Part shown: one piece after another, positions 52,101-59,200 of the stretch
Layout of the letters: each line of letters begins with the position of its first letter
Position numbering within the stretch: position 1 is the stretch's first letter
Source: Phoronis australis
Lineage: Eukaryota; Animalia; Phoronida
NCBI GenBank assembly: GCA_002633005.1
Contig: NMRA01000040.1
Coordinates: 203,362-267,361 of the forward strand
DNA: 64,000 bases
Reading direction: 5' to 3'
Position numbers and translations under genes: made by a program
The notes under the pieces: generated by a model
What the model was told of the DNA's origin: nothing
Database searches by the model: none
The model's input: only the letters and a program-made list of their open reading frames with translations

Positions 52101-54924
52101 TAATAAGATCTAGCCTGCCTGTGAGTGTTGCCACTAAACAACTCAACAGTCACTTAAGATTAGAGGAATTGCCATATTTGTTACTAGCATAAATAATCAG
52201 TTAAAAGGAATGACCTTTAAACAAAAAATCACCAGTTATTAGTATTTGTCTAATAGTGAAGAGCGTTGCACAAAAGTGTCTTCTACTCCTCTGAGCTCGG
52301 TTTTACTAGTGAATGCAGTAAGGGAATGAATGTGAACCTGGATATAATGCGAAAGGGGTTTCTGGGGCTGTGCTCATATTGAGTGTGACCTCACTATCCA
52401 AATAGATCAATATCGTTTCGGTTTTCTTCTGCAGATGTGGGAGGCATGATATGTAAGTAAGGTGAAGCCGAAATGGCAAACTTAAAACTGGAATTGGCAG
52501 TGGTGAATCTTCTCCTGAAGCATTCAGTGATTCAGTGATCTCTACTTGGTCCATGCTCAATCATCAGTGAGATATGCTAAGTAGCCGAATTTTAAAAAAA
52601 TAATTCTTTTGAAAGACAGCGTTGTGCAGGGCTTTGTTCTTTGCAGGTTCTGCTGGCTCAAGTTTGCCAAACTGATGGTGGTTGTATGGTTGTTTCCTTG
52701 CAGGGTACGCTGGCTCAAGTTTGCCAAACTGATGGTGGTTGTATGGTTGTTTCCTTGCAGGGTACGCTGGCTCATGTCTGCCTAGGTTTAGCACCATGCC
52801 ATTCATGTTCTGCAACTTCAATGAGGTCTGTAACTACGCCAATAGGAACGACAAGTCCTATTGGCTGTCCACTAATGCCGCCATACCCATGATGCCTGTG
52901 ACAGAGGAGCGCATTCGACCGTTTATCAGTAGGTGTGCTGTCTGCGACTCCCCAGCCAATCTGCTAGCGGTTCACAGTCAAACAGCACAGATTCCTGACT
53001 GCCCAGATGGGTGGACGGGCTTGTGGATTGGTTACAGTTTTGCCATGGTAAGAAGTACACCAGTTGGCCATTTTGTTCATCAGCTATAAAAATGGTTTTC
53101 TACTTTGGTTTTACTATAATTTAGCTGTAATCTTTCTCGTAAGCATATTGTATTGAAGACACGACTTTGCTCTGTTTTTAATATCGCTTTGTAAATTATG
53201 TTACCTACTAATGTCGATTGGATTTTTATTGCACTATTGTGCTGTAAACACACGATCTCTATTTAGAGAGTTTCAAAGAACCGAAATTAAACTCGTAAAA
53301 ACATAACAAAGTCGTACCTTCAATTAAACAAATTATGCATACTTTGGTTTTGTAAATATTTGTCAAAGCATTTGCCAAAAAATTATCACTCATGCTCTCA
53401 AGTCTTGTCACGTTGCTGTTCCTGTGACTCTCAGTTTCTGTTGGAAGTTAACCGTCTTTGTAGAGACTGGTTCCAGTCTAAAAGAGGAAGAAAATTTCAG
53501 CCTCTCAGCTCTGAATTAGCTAATGGTGCGCTAACTATTGTAGTTCTCATTCTATTACTTTATGTCGTTTTTCATGGCGTGAATATTTCGCTTATAAAGA
53601 TACGTAGGAATTTTCACCGCTGGTTCTTCATCTGTACTGAGAGCAGCTTTAAACAGGAACAAAGAGTGTGTGGCACCAGAGCCAGACAGTTGTGATAACC
53701 CCATTAACTGGTGCGAGTGAGGCCTAATTAAGTGGACATAAAGTGTAGTAAACATTTCGGCTTGTACATACTGGACAATTTTCAAAATATATAAACAATA
53801 ATTTTCAATGAATAAACATTACGATGGAAAAAACAACATGGTGTGGTTTTCGATTTTTGAAAATGGGCGAACTAAAGCTAAAAATCACGAATATTGGTTA
53901 GGGATTGAAGAGAAATGTGCTCAGAGGATTTGCTAACGCTGGTCATAATTAACAATATCACATGGTTCATTCTTTTAGTGTACAACTGGACTACATTATG
54001 ACAAATAAAAACAACACATGGTGACCAAATTAGATGCCAGTAGCTTTTAAGACAGCACTTATTGCCCAGTCATGTCGAACTATTTTATTTGAGGAGTAAC
54101 GTACTACAGGAAAACCGATATTCGCTAGAGTGTGCAAAATGACTGCAATCAGTTGGCAGTGAAACACGTGTTGTAGAGACTAAGGCTAGCTCCAAAGTCA
54201 ATGAAAAAAATTCAAGCAAATAGATAAAGTTGGGTCGGTGGGTGAAAGCTGACTTCAAAGTTTCATTGACAATCAAAATCTGCCACTGTTTTAAATTGGC
54301 ACTTCAAGCTTAAAAATAAAATCAAAAGATAGCAACTCGGCAGCAAACAAAACAAAGTAGACTAGAGTAATAAAAATAAAATGACGAAAAGCGGTATGAA
54401 ACAGTTAAACCAACAGTCGCTTGAGAAGTGGCCCTTTCTTAAGATAAACCAAAGTTTCCGTGTATATTTTTGCAATTTTTAAAATGTACCAAATCAAAAC
54501 CGTTCTTTCATCGTTTCAGGCTGTAACCCTGTGTAAATGCCAGAGAAAACCAATTTTTGGGTGTAATAACAACCACCCTGTTGAGAAAGTAGTGCTTGTG
54601 ATCCTTTCCATTTCATGTAATTATTGTTATCCCTAGTCTATCAACTTGTACCCATTTCTTCTGTAGCACACAGCAGCTGGGGCTGAGGGCGGTGGTCAGC
54701 AGCTGTCGAGTCCTGGAAGTTGCCTTCAGAATTTCCGTGCAACGCCATTCATCGAGTGCAACGGTGGCCGCGGAACGTGCCACTACTTCGCCAACAAGTA
54801 TAGTTTCTGGCTATCCATCATAGACCGTCAAGGCCAGTTTTCAGTTCCAAGATCACAGACCATCAAAGCTAATCTTCTCAGTTATGTCAGTCGCTGTCAA
54901 GTCTGTCTCAAAAAGACGTTCTAG
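7651..54924 (+). CDS. COL4A2: Collagen type IV alpha2-like chain; spliced gene, 35 visible coding exons, 5' signal-peptide exon not found
   Basis: Manually spliced exons give a continuous 1728-aa frame. It has the 7S region ([11 protein letters not shown]...[16 protein letters not shown]...[10 protein letters not shown]), an interrupted Gly-X-Y helix, and NC1 with 12 Cys. Alpha2-class NC1 motifs are present: [70 protein letters not shown]. Symbol means alpha2-like class, not proven orthology. Confidence 0.95.
7862..9305. mobile_element. Non-autonomous DNA transposon, Kolobok-like (TTAA target duplication, GG...CC ends)
   Basis: ttaa|ggtaggtggatacac ... gtgtatacacctacc|ttaa; 15-bp TIR with one mismatch; TTAA at 7858-7861 and 9306-9309. 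Confidence 0.75.
8688..8869. other. Assembly gap (182 N)
   Basis: Run of N inside the transposon. Confidence 0.99.
12239..12291 (+). repeat. 27-bp tandem duplication
   Basis: gaccaggaactgacaaggaatagtac x2. Confidence 0.9.
12771..12905 (+). CDS. COL4A2: Col IV exon 2
   Basis: ttttctag|[10 protein letters not shown]...GSKGDR|gtagga; 135 nt, phase 0-0. Confidence 0.93.
13317..13361 (+). CDS. COL4A2: Col IV exon 3
   Basis: ttttgcag|[15 protein letters not shown]|gtgagt; 45 nt, phase 0-0. Confidence 0.92.
13555..13850 (+). mobile_element. Degenerate non-autonomous element (HINE/Pearl-like); similar stretches at ~33350-33900 and ~48345-48760
   Basis: ctgtccatctgt-type simple repeat followed by repeated gattt..tgaaattt(gg)ca cores; family assignment tentative. 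Confidence 0.35.
14029..14146 (+). CDS. COL4A2: Col IV exon 4 (7S, CNGT sequon)
   Basis: atccag|[22 protein letters not shown]...GLP(G)|gtacag; 118 nt, phase 0-1. Confidence 0.93.
14904..15397. mobile_element. MITE/foldback-like element with ~100-bp imperfect inverted arms
   Basis: Pairs tggagaatttctgg/ccagaaattctcca, acaacttttatgatgcc/ggcatcataaaagttgt and tgagctaatgaagtgga/tccacttcattagctca. Confidence 0.65.
15194..16275. repeat. Inverted repeat pair ~15194-15290 and ~16187-16275
   Basis: Reverse complement of ttctgagtggcttttaccaggatcaaagagagcg matches cgctctctttaatcctgataaaagccactcagaa. Confidence 0.7.
16343..16440 (+). CDS. COL4A2: Col IV exon 5
   Basis: attcag|(G)[21 protein letters not shown]...GSR|gtaagt; 98 nt, phase 1-0. 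Confidence 0.92.
17308..17370 (+). CDS. COL4A2: Col IV exon 6
   Basis: ttccag|[21 protein letters not shown]|gtaagt; 63 nt, phase 0-0. Confidence 0.92.
17775..18252 (+). repeat. Interspersed repeat, copy 1 (related to 49655-50170)
   Basis: Shared blocks gtagccaatatcttacacgactga, ccagctctcttttgttcgataa, ataccagacaaaagactgtgct, agctagatgttatcaca. Confidence 0.8.
18463..18702 (+). CDS. COL4A2: Col IV exon 7
   Basis: ggtcag|[18 protein letters not shown]...[22 protein letters not shown]...GQR|gtgagt; 240 nt, phase 0-0. Confidence 0.92.
19164..19271 (+). CDS. COL4A2: Col IV exon 8
   Basis: ctgcag|[22 protein letters not shown]...GLK|gtaagc; 108 nt, phase 0-0. Confidence 0.93.
20158..20277 (+). 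CDS. COL4A2: Col IV exon 9
   Basis: ttacag|[13 protein letters not shown]...GVPGRIG|gtacgt; 120 nt, phase 0-0. Confidence 0.91.
21027..21438. mobile_element. MITE with long imperfect TIRs
   Basis: caaggtacctaaact ... agtttaggtaccttg; inner pairs tacctgcaaacaccgttcac/gtgaacggtgtttgcaggta and gactcacaaaacacg/cgtgttttgtgagtc. Confidence 0.8.
22073..22102 (+). repeat. (GTT)10 microsatellite
   Basis: Read directly. Confidence 0.95.
22381..22576 (+). CDS. COL4A2: Col IV exon 10
   Basis: taacag|[12 protein letters not shown]...GPP(G)|gtaggc; 196 nt, phase 0-1. Confidence 0.92.
23170..23336 (+). CDS. COL4A2: Col IV exon 11
   Basis: ttcaag|(G)LPGVDGLDG...GDKGFQ|gtgagt; 167 nt, phase 1-0; AAG acceptor. 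Confidence 0.9.
23931..24063 (+). CDS. COL4A2: Col IV exon 12
   Basis: gtgcag|[18 protein letters not shown]...GER(G)|gtaaga; 133 nt, phase 0-1. Confidence 0.92.
25450..25628 (+). CDS. COL4A2: Col IV exon 13 (CxxC interruption)
   Basis: taccag|(G)[18 protein letters not shown]...GPP|gtaagt; 179 nt, phase 1-0. Confidence 0.92.
27222..27306 (+). CDS. COL4A2: Col IV exon 14
   Basis: atgaag|[28 protein letters not shown](G)|gtacgg; 85 nt, phase 0-1; AAG acceptor. Confidence 0.88.
28673..28788 (+). CDS. COL4A2: Col IV exon 15
   Basis: caacag|(G)[12 protein letters not shown]...GER|gtgagt; 116 nt, phase 1-0. Confidence 0.92.
29447..29624 (+). CDS. COL4A2: Col IV exon 16
   Basis: caacag|[10 protein letters not shown]...GQP(G)|gtaggc; 178 nt, phase 0-1. 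Confidence 0.92.
30520..30900 (+). repeat. Diverged interspersed repeat family; related copies ~3870-4100 (+), ~36280-36640 (+), ~24690-24800 (-), ~39060-39200 (-)
   Basis: Shared atgtacct...aaattctaca..tt.tactt.c.gaaaat blocks; boundaries approximate. Confidence 0.55.
31224..31331 (+). CDS. COL4A2: Col IV exon 17
   Basis: tctcag|(G)[12 protein letters not shown]...GQP(G)|gtgagt; 108 nt, phase 1-1. Confidence 0.92.
31643..31729 (+). CDS. COL4A2: Col IV exon 18
   Basis: gtacag|(G)FPGNPGPEG...GVGRP(G)|gtaagg; 87 nt, phase 1-1. Confidence 0.92.
33171..33278 (+). CDS. COL4A2: Col IV exon 19
   Basis: ccatag|(G)FPGQRGDKG...GPP(G)|gtgagt; 108 nt, phase 1-1. Confidence 0.93.
34063..34173 (+). CDS. 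COL4A2: Col IV exon 20
   Basis: tttcag|(G)[16 protein letters not shown]...GLP(G)|gtgata; 111 nt, phase 1-1. Confidence 0.9.
35102..35279 (+). repeat. Direct repeat, copy 1 (~180 bp) upstream of exon 21
   Basis: gcaagg.cagtgaaa...ttctttgtgaac...gttggattgtgtaagtaaacaca.cttaacaaagggtt...cagaatg. Confidence 0.85.
35370..35531 (+). CDS. COL4A2: Col IV exon 21
   Basis: tttcag|(G)EIGVPGLPG...GRP(G)|gtaact; 162 nt, 18 uninterrupted triplets, phase 1-1. Confidence 0.93.
35975..36149 (+). repeat. Direct repeat, copy 2 downstream of exon 21
   Basis: Colinear match to 35102-35279. Confidence 0.85.
36900..37070 (+). CDS. COL4A2: Col IV exon 22
   Basis: atttag|(G)QPGLKGIRG...GSA(G)|gtaatg; 171 nt, phase 1-1. 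Confidence 0.92.
37801..37944 (+). CDS. COL4A2: Col IV exon 23
   Basis: atttag|(G)SKGEQGDPG...GLP(G)|gtaaac; 144 nt, phase 1-1. Confidence 0.92.
38537..38671 (+). CDS. COL4A2: Col IV exon 24
   Basis: ctgcag|(G)[15 protein letters not shown]...GEK(G)|gtaggc; 135 nt, phase 1-1. Confidence 0.92.
40307..40482 (+). CDS. COL4A2: Col IV exon 25
   Basis: atccag|(G)ESGSAGAPG...GLDGNR|gtacga; 176 nt, phase 1-0. Confidence 0.91.
41617..41860 (+). CDS. COL4A2: Col IV exon 26
   Basis: tcccag|[10 protein letters not shown]...GDP(G)|gtatgt; 244 nt, phase 0-1. Confidence 0.93.
44214..44393 (+). CDS. COL4A2: Col IV exon 27
   Basis: tttcag|(G)PAGAKGETG...GDK(G)|gtaccg; 180 nt, phase 1-1. Confidence 0.92.
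45295..45417 (+). CDS. COL4A2: Col IV exon 28
   Basis: ccttag|(G)[17 protein letters not shown]...GES(G)|gtatgt; 123 nt, phase 1-1. Confidence 0.92.
45469..45689 (-). mobile_element. tRNA-derived SINE-like element
   Basis: On the - strand: ggaggcagtgTGGCGTAGTGtgacgg...GAGTTCGAATACc (Pol III A and B boxes); no convincing cloverleaf acceptor stem; 10-bp hairpin at 45469-45492; 3' boundary uncertain. Confidence 0.6.
46188..46295 (+). CDS. COL4A2: Col IV exon 29
   Basis: ttccag|(G)[21 protein letters not shown]...GEK(G)|gtgggt; 108 nt, phase 1-1. Confidence 0.92.
47194..47328 (+). CDS. COL4A2: Col IV exon 30
   Basis: atttag|(G)VPGFDGLRG...GAP(G)|gtatga; 135 nt, phase 1-1. Confidence 0.92.
47837..48124 (+). 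CDS. COL4A2: Col IV exon 31
   Basis: ccgtag|(G)QDGFPGREG...GRD(G)|gtaaga; 288 nt, phase 1-1. Confidence 0.93.
49485..49601 (+). CDS. COL4A2: Col IV exon 32
   Basis: tttcag|(G)EPGVRGLRG...GQL(G)|gtgagt; 117 nt, phase 1-1. Confidence 0.92.
49655..50170 (+). repeat. Interspersed repeat, copy 2 (related to 17775-18252)
   Basis: Same blocks in the same order and orientation. Confidence 0.8.
51743..51934 (+). CDS. COL4A2: Col IV exon 33 (end of helix, start of NC1)
   Basis: tgacag|(G)LPGRDG...[12 protein letters not shown]...HNQDL(G)|gtaagc; 192 nt, phase 1-1. Confidence 0.95.
52647..52774 (+). repeat. 57-bp tandem duplication spanning the exon 34 acceptor
   Basis: gctggctcaagtttgccaaactgatggtggttgtatggttgtttccttgcagggtac x2 (52652-52765) plus a partial unit. 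Confidence 0.92.
52761..53047 (+). CDS. COL4A2: Col IV exon 34 (NC1)
   Basis: ttgcag|(G)[14 protein letters not shown]...[10 protein letters not shown]...LWIGYSFAM|gtaaga; 287 nt, phase 1-0. Confidence 0.95.
54667..54924 (+). CDS. COL4A2: Col IV exon 35 (NC1 C-terminus and stop)
   Basis: ctgtag|[19 protein letters not shown]...[11 protein letters not shown]; TAG at 54922-54924; missing from the ORF track. Confidence 0.95.
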   Translation, partial: HTAAGAEGGGQQLSSPGSCLQNFRATPFIECNGGRGTCHYFANKYSFWLSIIDRQGQFSVPRSQTIKANLLSYVSRCQVCLKKTF

Positions 54925-55721
54925 GCCAACCGTTTTATGTGTAACACTTTTTGTTTTGAATTCTACATGAAAGTTTAACTGGATTCGGGGTTTTTAGCTC
55001 TGTATTTATGAAGATATGCCTGTATCTTTATAACATTCTTGTAAATAATCTAGCGTCGATGCTGGCTAGCATGTTCGTTTTTCCGAATGTGAAGGCTCGA
55101 CATAGCAGTGATTGCCAGTAAGAGATTAGCTGTAATCTTGCAGTACAGCATTAACTTGCGTGGTGCACCATCCTTCTTCGCAGCATATTATCTGGTCGTA
55201 GTTAGGTAATTCTTGCTCAGATGTCATGTGCGTGATCTCCAGTAAACAGCTCGACCAGTAACTAGCTGGACTCACTCCCCAAGGAACACTGAAACTGTAA
55301 CTTGGTGTCAAATGTCGACGGCGAGGAAACACTCATCGGTTTCAGCGATTCTTGGCTTCTCGTGACTAAGATGAGCCAGTATTGTGATACGTGGCGTTAG
55401 CATTATTTTGATGGTGTTTTTGTCTTAATTGTTGAGGTTACTTTTGTCATTCAGGATCCAACATTTAGAGCGCATGTTTTGGGGGTCGTTTGATGAAGCA
55501 ATTATTTCATTGCAACATGAAATTTCTGGGGTTTTCTCGACTATCTTGCTATGCTAACGTCACACAAAAATACTCTTTTGAAAACACTGCCATGAAGTTG
55601 AGCCATTCAGACTTTGTATGATGTATGTACGACGTATTTAGTTTTTAGTTGAAAAGCAAGGGATTTTAGAAACAAGTTGATTATTTTACATAATTATGTA
55701 TTTTATATATATCCCTGCCTG

Positions 55722-55732
55722 AAATGGTGCTA
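55722..55732 (+). promoter_or_regulatory. miR-29 family target site (8mer TGGTGCTA, extended AAATGGTGCTA)
   Basis: Complementary to the 5' end UAGCACCAUUU of miR-29b-type miRNAs; AU-rich context in the 3'UTR. Confidence 0.55.
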
Positions 55733-56183
55733 ATGAAGCGGTATTCTAGTTTCCAATACAGTTTAGATGTTGCCCCTATTGTACATCGTTTTTTACATTT
55801 TATAAGGCTTTGTATTTTCTATGGTGGACTCACTTAGACATACAGTTGGTCAATTGGTACCTGTGTTGTGGCGAAAGGACATAGAAGCCGCAGTAAAACA
55901 CAGGCCATGCAAACCAGTGCACGTTTAGATCTAGTTAGTTGTGTTCCTAGTGTAACTGCAATATTTTAACTTAAGTCTTTAATGACCAAACAATCTCGAC
56001 GTCTTTAATGTCACTGACAGTGAATAGTCCCCTCTCTGTGAGATTCTATCTAGACTCGATGTTTTAATGAAAATCCCCGCTATGTTTTGATATTCTGCAG
56101 GTTTCCCGCATCTACAAAATAACATCTTGTGAGTTATTTTGTGAATTTCCTTATTGAAGTTTTGTACATGCCGAATATATAAA

Positions 56184-56189
56184 AATAAA
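56184..56189 (+). terminator. Poly(A) signal of the collagen gene
   Basis: AATAAA with upstream TGTA (56163) and a downstream GT-rich tract (ctgttggttttggtttt). Confidence 0.65.
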
Positions 56190-56278
56190 CATAATGCTCA
56201 AATGACGAACCTGTTGGTTTTGGTTTTACCAATGTTTCAAAACATTAACGTCAACAAAGAGAGTGACTTAAATTCATT

Positions 56279-56284
56279 TTTATT
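56279..56284 (-). terminator. Poly(A) signal of the convergent minus-strand gene
   Basis: TTTATT on + (AATAAA on -); TGTA just upstream and a GT-rich tract downstream on the - strand; base skew switches from T-rich to A-rich here. Confidence 0.5.
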
Positions 56285-59200
56285 CATTTACAACCTAAAT
56301 ATTGCACAGCCACCAGAGAAATGCACATACAATTTAACCCACCAGCGGAGTAATTCATAACGAACGTTAGTTGAAAGCATTAGAAAAAATAAAATGTTTT
56401 GCAATAGGTTACAAATTTCAATGAAAAGTTATAGCAGTAAGTTATCAGAACCTAGTTAACAGCCACAGCATTGAATAACCTTTAGCCTAATAGTGCTATA
56501 CAACAAATTAAGTACGTACAGGCACACCTGGAGAGATGACAGCTAACTTATTGTTTTGGCTATATCTGGCTAAGAATTGTGAAAAAGCACACAAAGACAT
56601 CTAACCTGATCAGACACTAAATACCTTGCGGGTCGGTTTTGTTATGATTAAAATTGTTCCAGAAATGTTCATCTCCCGTTTCCTTGTTTTCTCCTAAAAT
56701 CGGAAACAAACATGCAGAAAATCGATAATAAACACCATAATAAAGAAGACTACATTTAGTAAAGGACACATAAAGACCAATAGAGAACGGTCATAGCACT
56801 CAATGTTTATATTTACACAACTCCCAGTTGGCACAGACCAGATAGCCTGCAGTCATAAATGGTCACGAGATGTGACCCAGTAACTACCAGTCCAAGGAGA
56901 TTTCTGTCCCAGACTTGAAATTACTAGGTCATGTTATAAAGCCATGTATGACTGCAGGGTAACTACATAATGCAATTACAAAGCGAACAATGATCATTTC
57001 CGCTGCAAACTCCCAGCATGCTCCCTTGTAGCTGCCTGCCTTAACATCAAAGTGCGACTGTTCAAGCATTCTGGACACAACAATCAGCAACTTTGAACTA
57101 AGATAAAACAAGTTTGAGACAGTTTAACATGCTAAGAGTTCTACCATGTACTACAATCGCGGAAAACTATTAATAATTTTGTTTCGGAACTACCTTTTTT
57201 GAAAAATTCAAGATGAAGCAAAACAGACCACTAAAATACTATGTGTCCTACCACAATAGTCAAGCTAGGTAATAAACTGGGATGTACACATGCAGTCTCT
57301 CTTGAACAGGAAACACAGTCGCTCTTTACTGTCATTACACATCTCTTGGTATCTATAATCTTGGAGTGACATCTTTTCTTGTTAATCACTGTTCCTCTAG
57401 AATGTATGTACTTTTCATGCAACAATAGAAACCGACACTATAACTGCAAAGCAGAAGGACTGTATTATGGCTGAGCAGTCACTTCCACTCAGCAAGCACA
57501 AATGACCGACACAAACTGTGTTCAATAAATAGTGCGAGCCATCTGTGCCTTCTGTTATTGCGCTGAATGCAAAAACACACCATGAGAAGAGCAATTAACG
57601 CAGAAATACACCTCCAGGTGTCCATTCCGTAGACCATGAAAATCACGAAAATTCAGGACCATGCAAGTTTTCGCACCGTACCACGCATTGCAAGTATGCA
57701 ATCACATTTGCTTCAATTGAAGAGATCCTTGGGTGTACAGACCTCAGTCCAGGTAGCTGCCCTTTTAGTATTAGGTAACATGAATAACGGTTGCTATTCC
57801 CTTTAAAAGATTACTCAACAAAAAAACTGAATATGTCCCATATGTGATGTGCTCACTTTTAAACTTTTTATAGAAAGTTACTTGTAACTGTTTGCCATCC
57901 ATTTTCAAATGGTCTTAGGACCAATGACCAGGCAAATGCTCGAATACGTCTAATGTTTAACGAGCTACTGGTGCTTTCCTACATCAGTAATCAAGCTAAA
58001 TTTTAATATCTCCAATTGTAAATTTTGATTGAAGTTCTCTTGTAAAAAATGGACACTAGAATCCTGAATGAGCAAAAGTAAAACATTAATAGATACACTC
58101 CACTTGTTCAGCCAAAGTCGTAGGTCTAATTTCCTGAGGGTTTCTTTTTGGTGCTGTCGTAGAAACGAATAACGGTGGCCTGAAATAGTGAAAACAATCT
58201 TCAAAAGTGAATACGCAATTTAATTTAGTTCATTACGCAGTCTAAACACAGACTTAAACTGGAACAAGTTACTCTTGGAATGAGTTGTCGCTAGATTTGG
58301 AGGCTGTGTGGATGCTTTTCACTGGTGCAACCCAGTCCACTTCATTGAAGTAACTAATTGTTGTTCGACTGCAAACCTGGTGCAAGGCGAAAGTAGTTAT
58401 GAGCTGCGCACTTGCAGTTACACACATGCGGGTCTCCTTTTTTGCGTCATATTTGCATCACCTGTTCATCAAATTTTCTGCGACTTTATGTTCTTGCTAA
58501 ATTTTACCATGGGTTCTACTTCAAATATGGCAGCAAGAGCGAAAAACTGGGTCACGCAAGAGGCACTTACATGTTTGATTCAACTGCGGGGCGACATACA
58601 AGTTTAAGAAGACCTCAAAAAGGCCATGAGAAATGGGACAGTGTTGCCAGGCTCATTGATAGGCTGAACCATGCCAACAGTTCCGACCCACGTTCACCAA
58701 AAGGTGAAAAATAAAATAAAAGGATTAAGCGGAACTACCAGTTATTCTAAGGTAACTCTGTGTATAGGTGAAACTTATGTCATACTGTACCATCAAAATC
58801 TTGACAAAGTCAGACAAAAATAACAGTAAACTGTCCCTTTTCTCAACTTTGTTGTATGCCCACAATTTTTCACAATACTGACTGATGGTAAATATGGGAG
58901 AGACCTTAAATATGCAAAAGCATTACATTAAAGGCTTTTTTACAGAAACAATGAGAAAATGCAATTTCATTTAGCCAAAATAAATGAGACGCTATTCCAT
59001 GTAGTCGCTGCTTGTTCGATTTGTAAATGGACTGCCTGTGAAGCTTAGTTGCCGAGACTTCGACAGAGTGCATGAGGCAACACCTGCCGGGATTTAGTCA
59101 AAATTGAAATCACTTGACTTGTTCTATTCGAGAAAAAATGCATAACCAGTCCATTGCGTGCGTTGAAACCTTGCGAATTTAGATTTATTTTGAAAACTAC

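Larger units (their letters stand above)
54925..56205 (+). other. Putative collagen IV 3'UTR (~1.3 kb; end approximate)
   Basis: From the stop codon to AATAAA at 56184; T-rich with AU-rich tracts. Confidence 0.65.

Noticed and set aside
7651-54924. Calling the gene alpha1-class or a fibrillar collagen
   Set aside because: The C-terminal domain is NC1/C4, not COLFI, and its diagnostic motifs (VKHSQ, HNQDLG, NDKSYW, PMMPV, CNGGRG) are alpha2-class.
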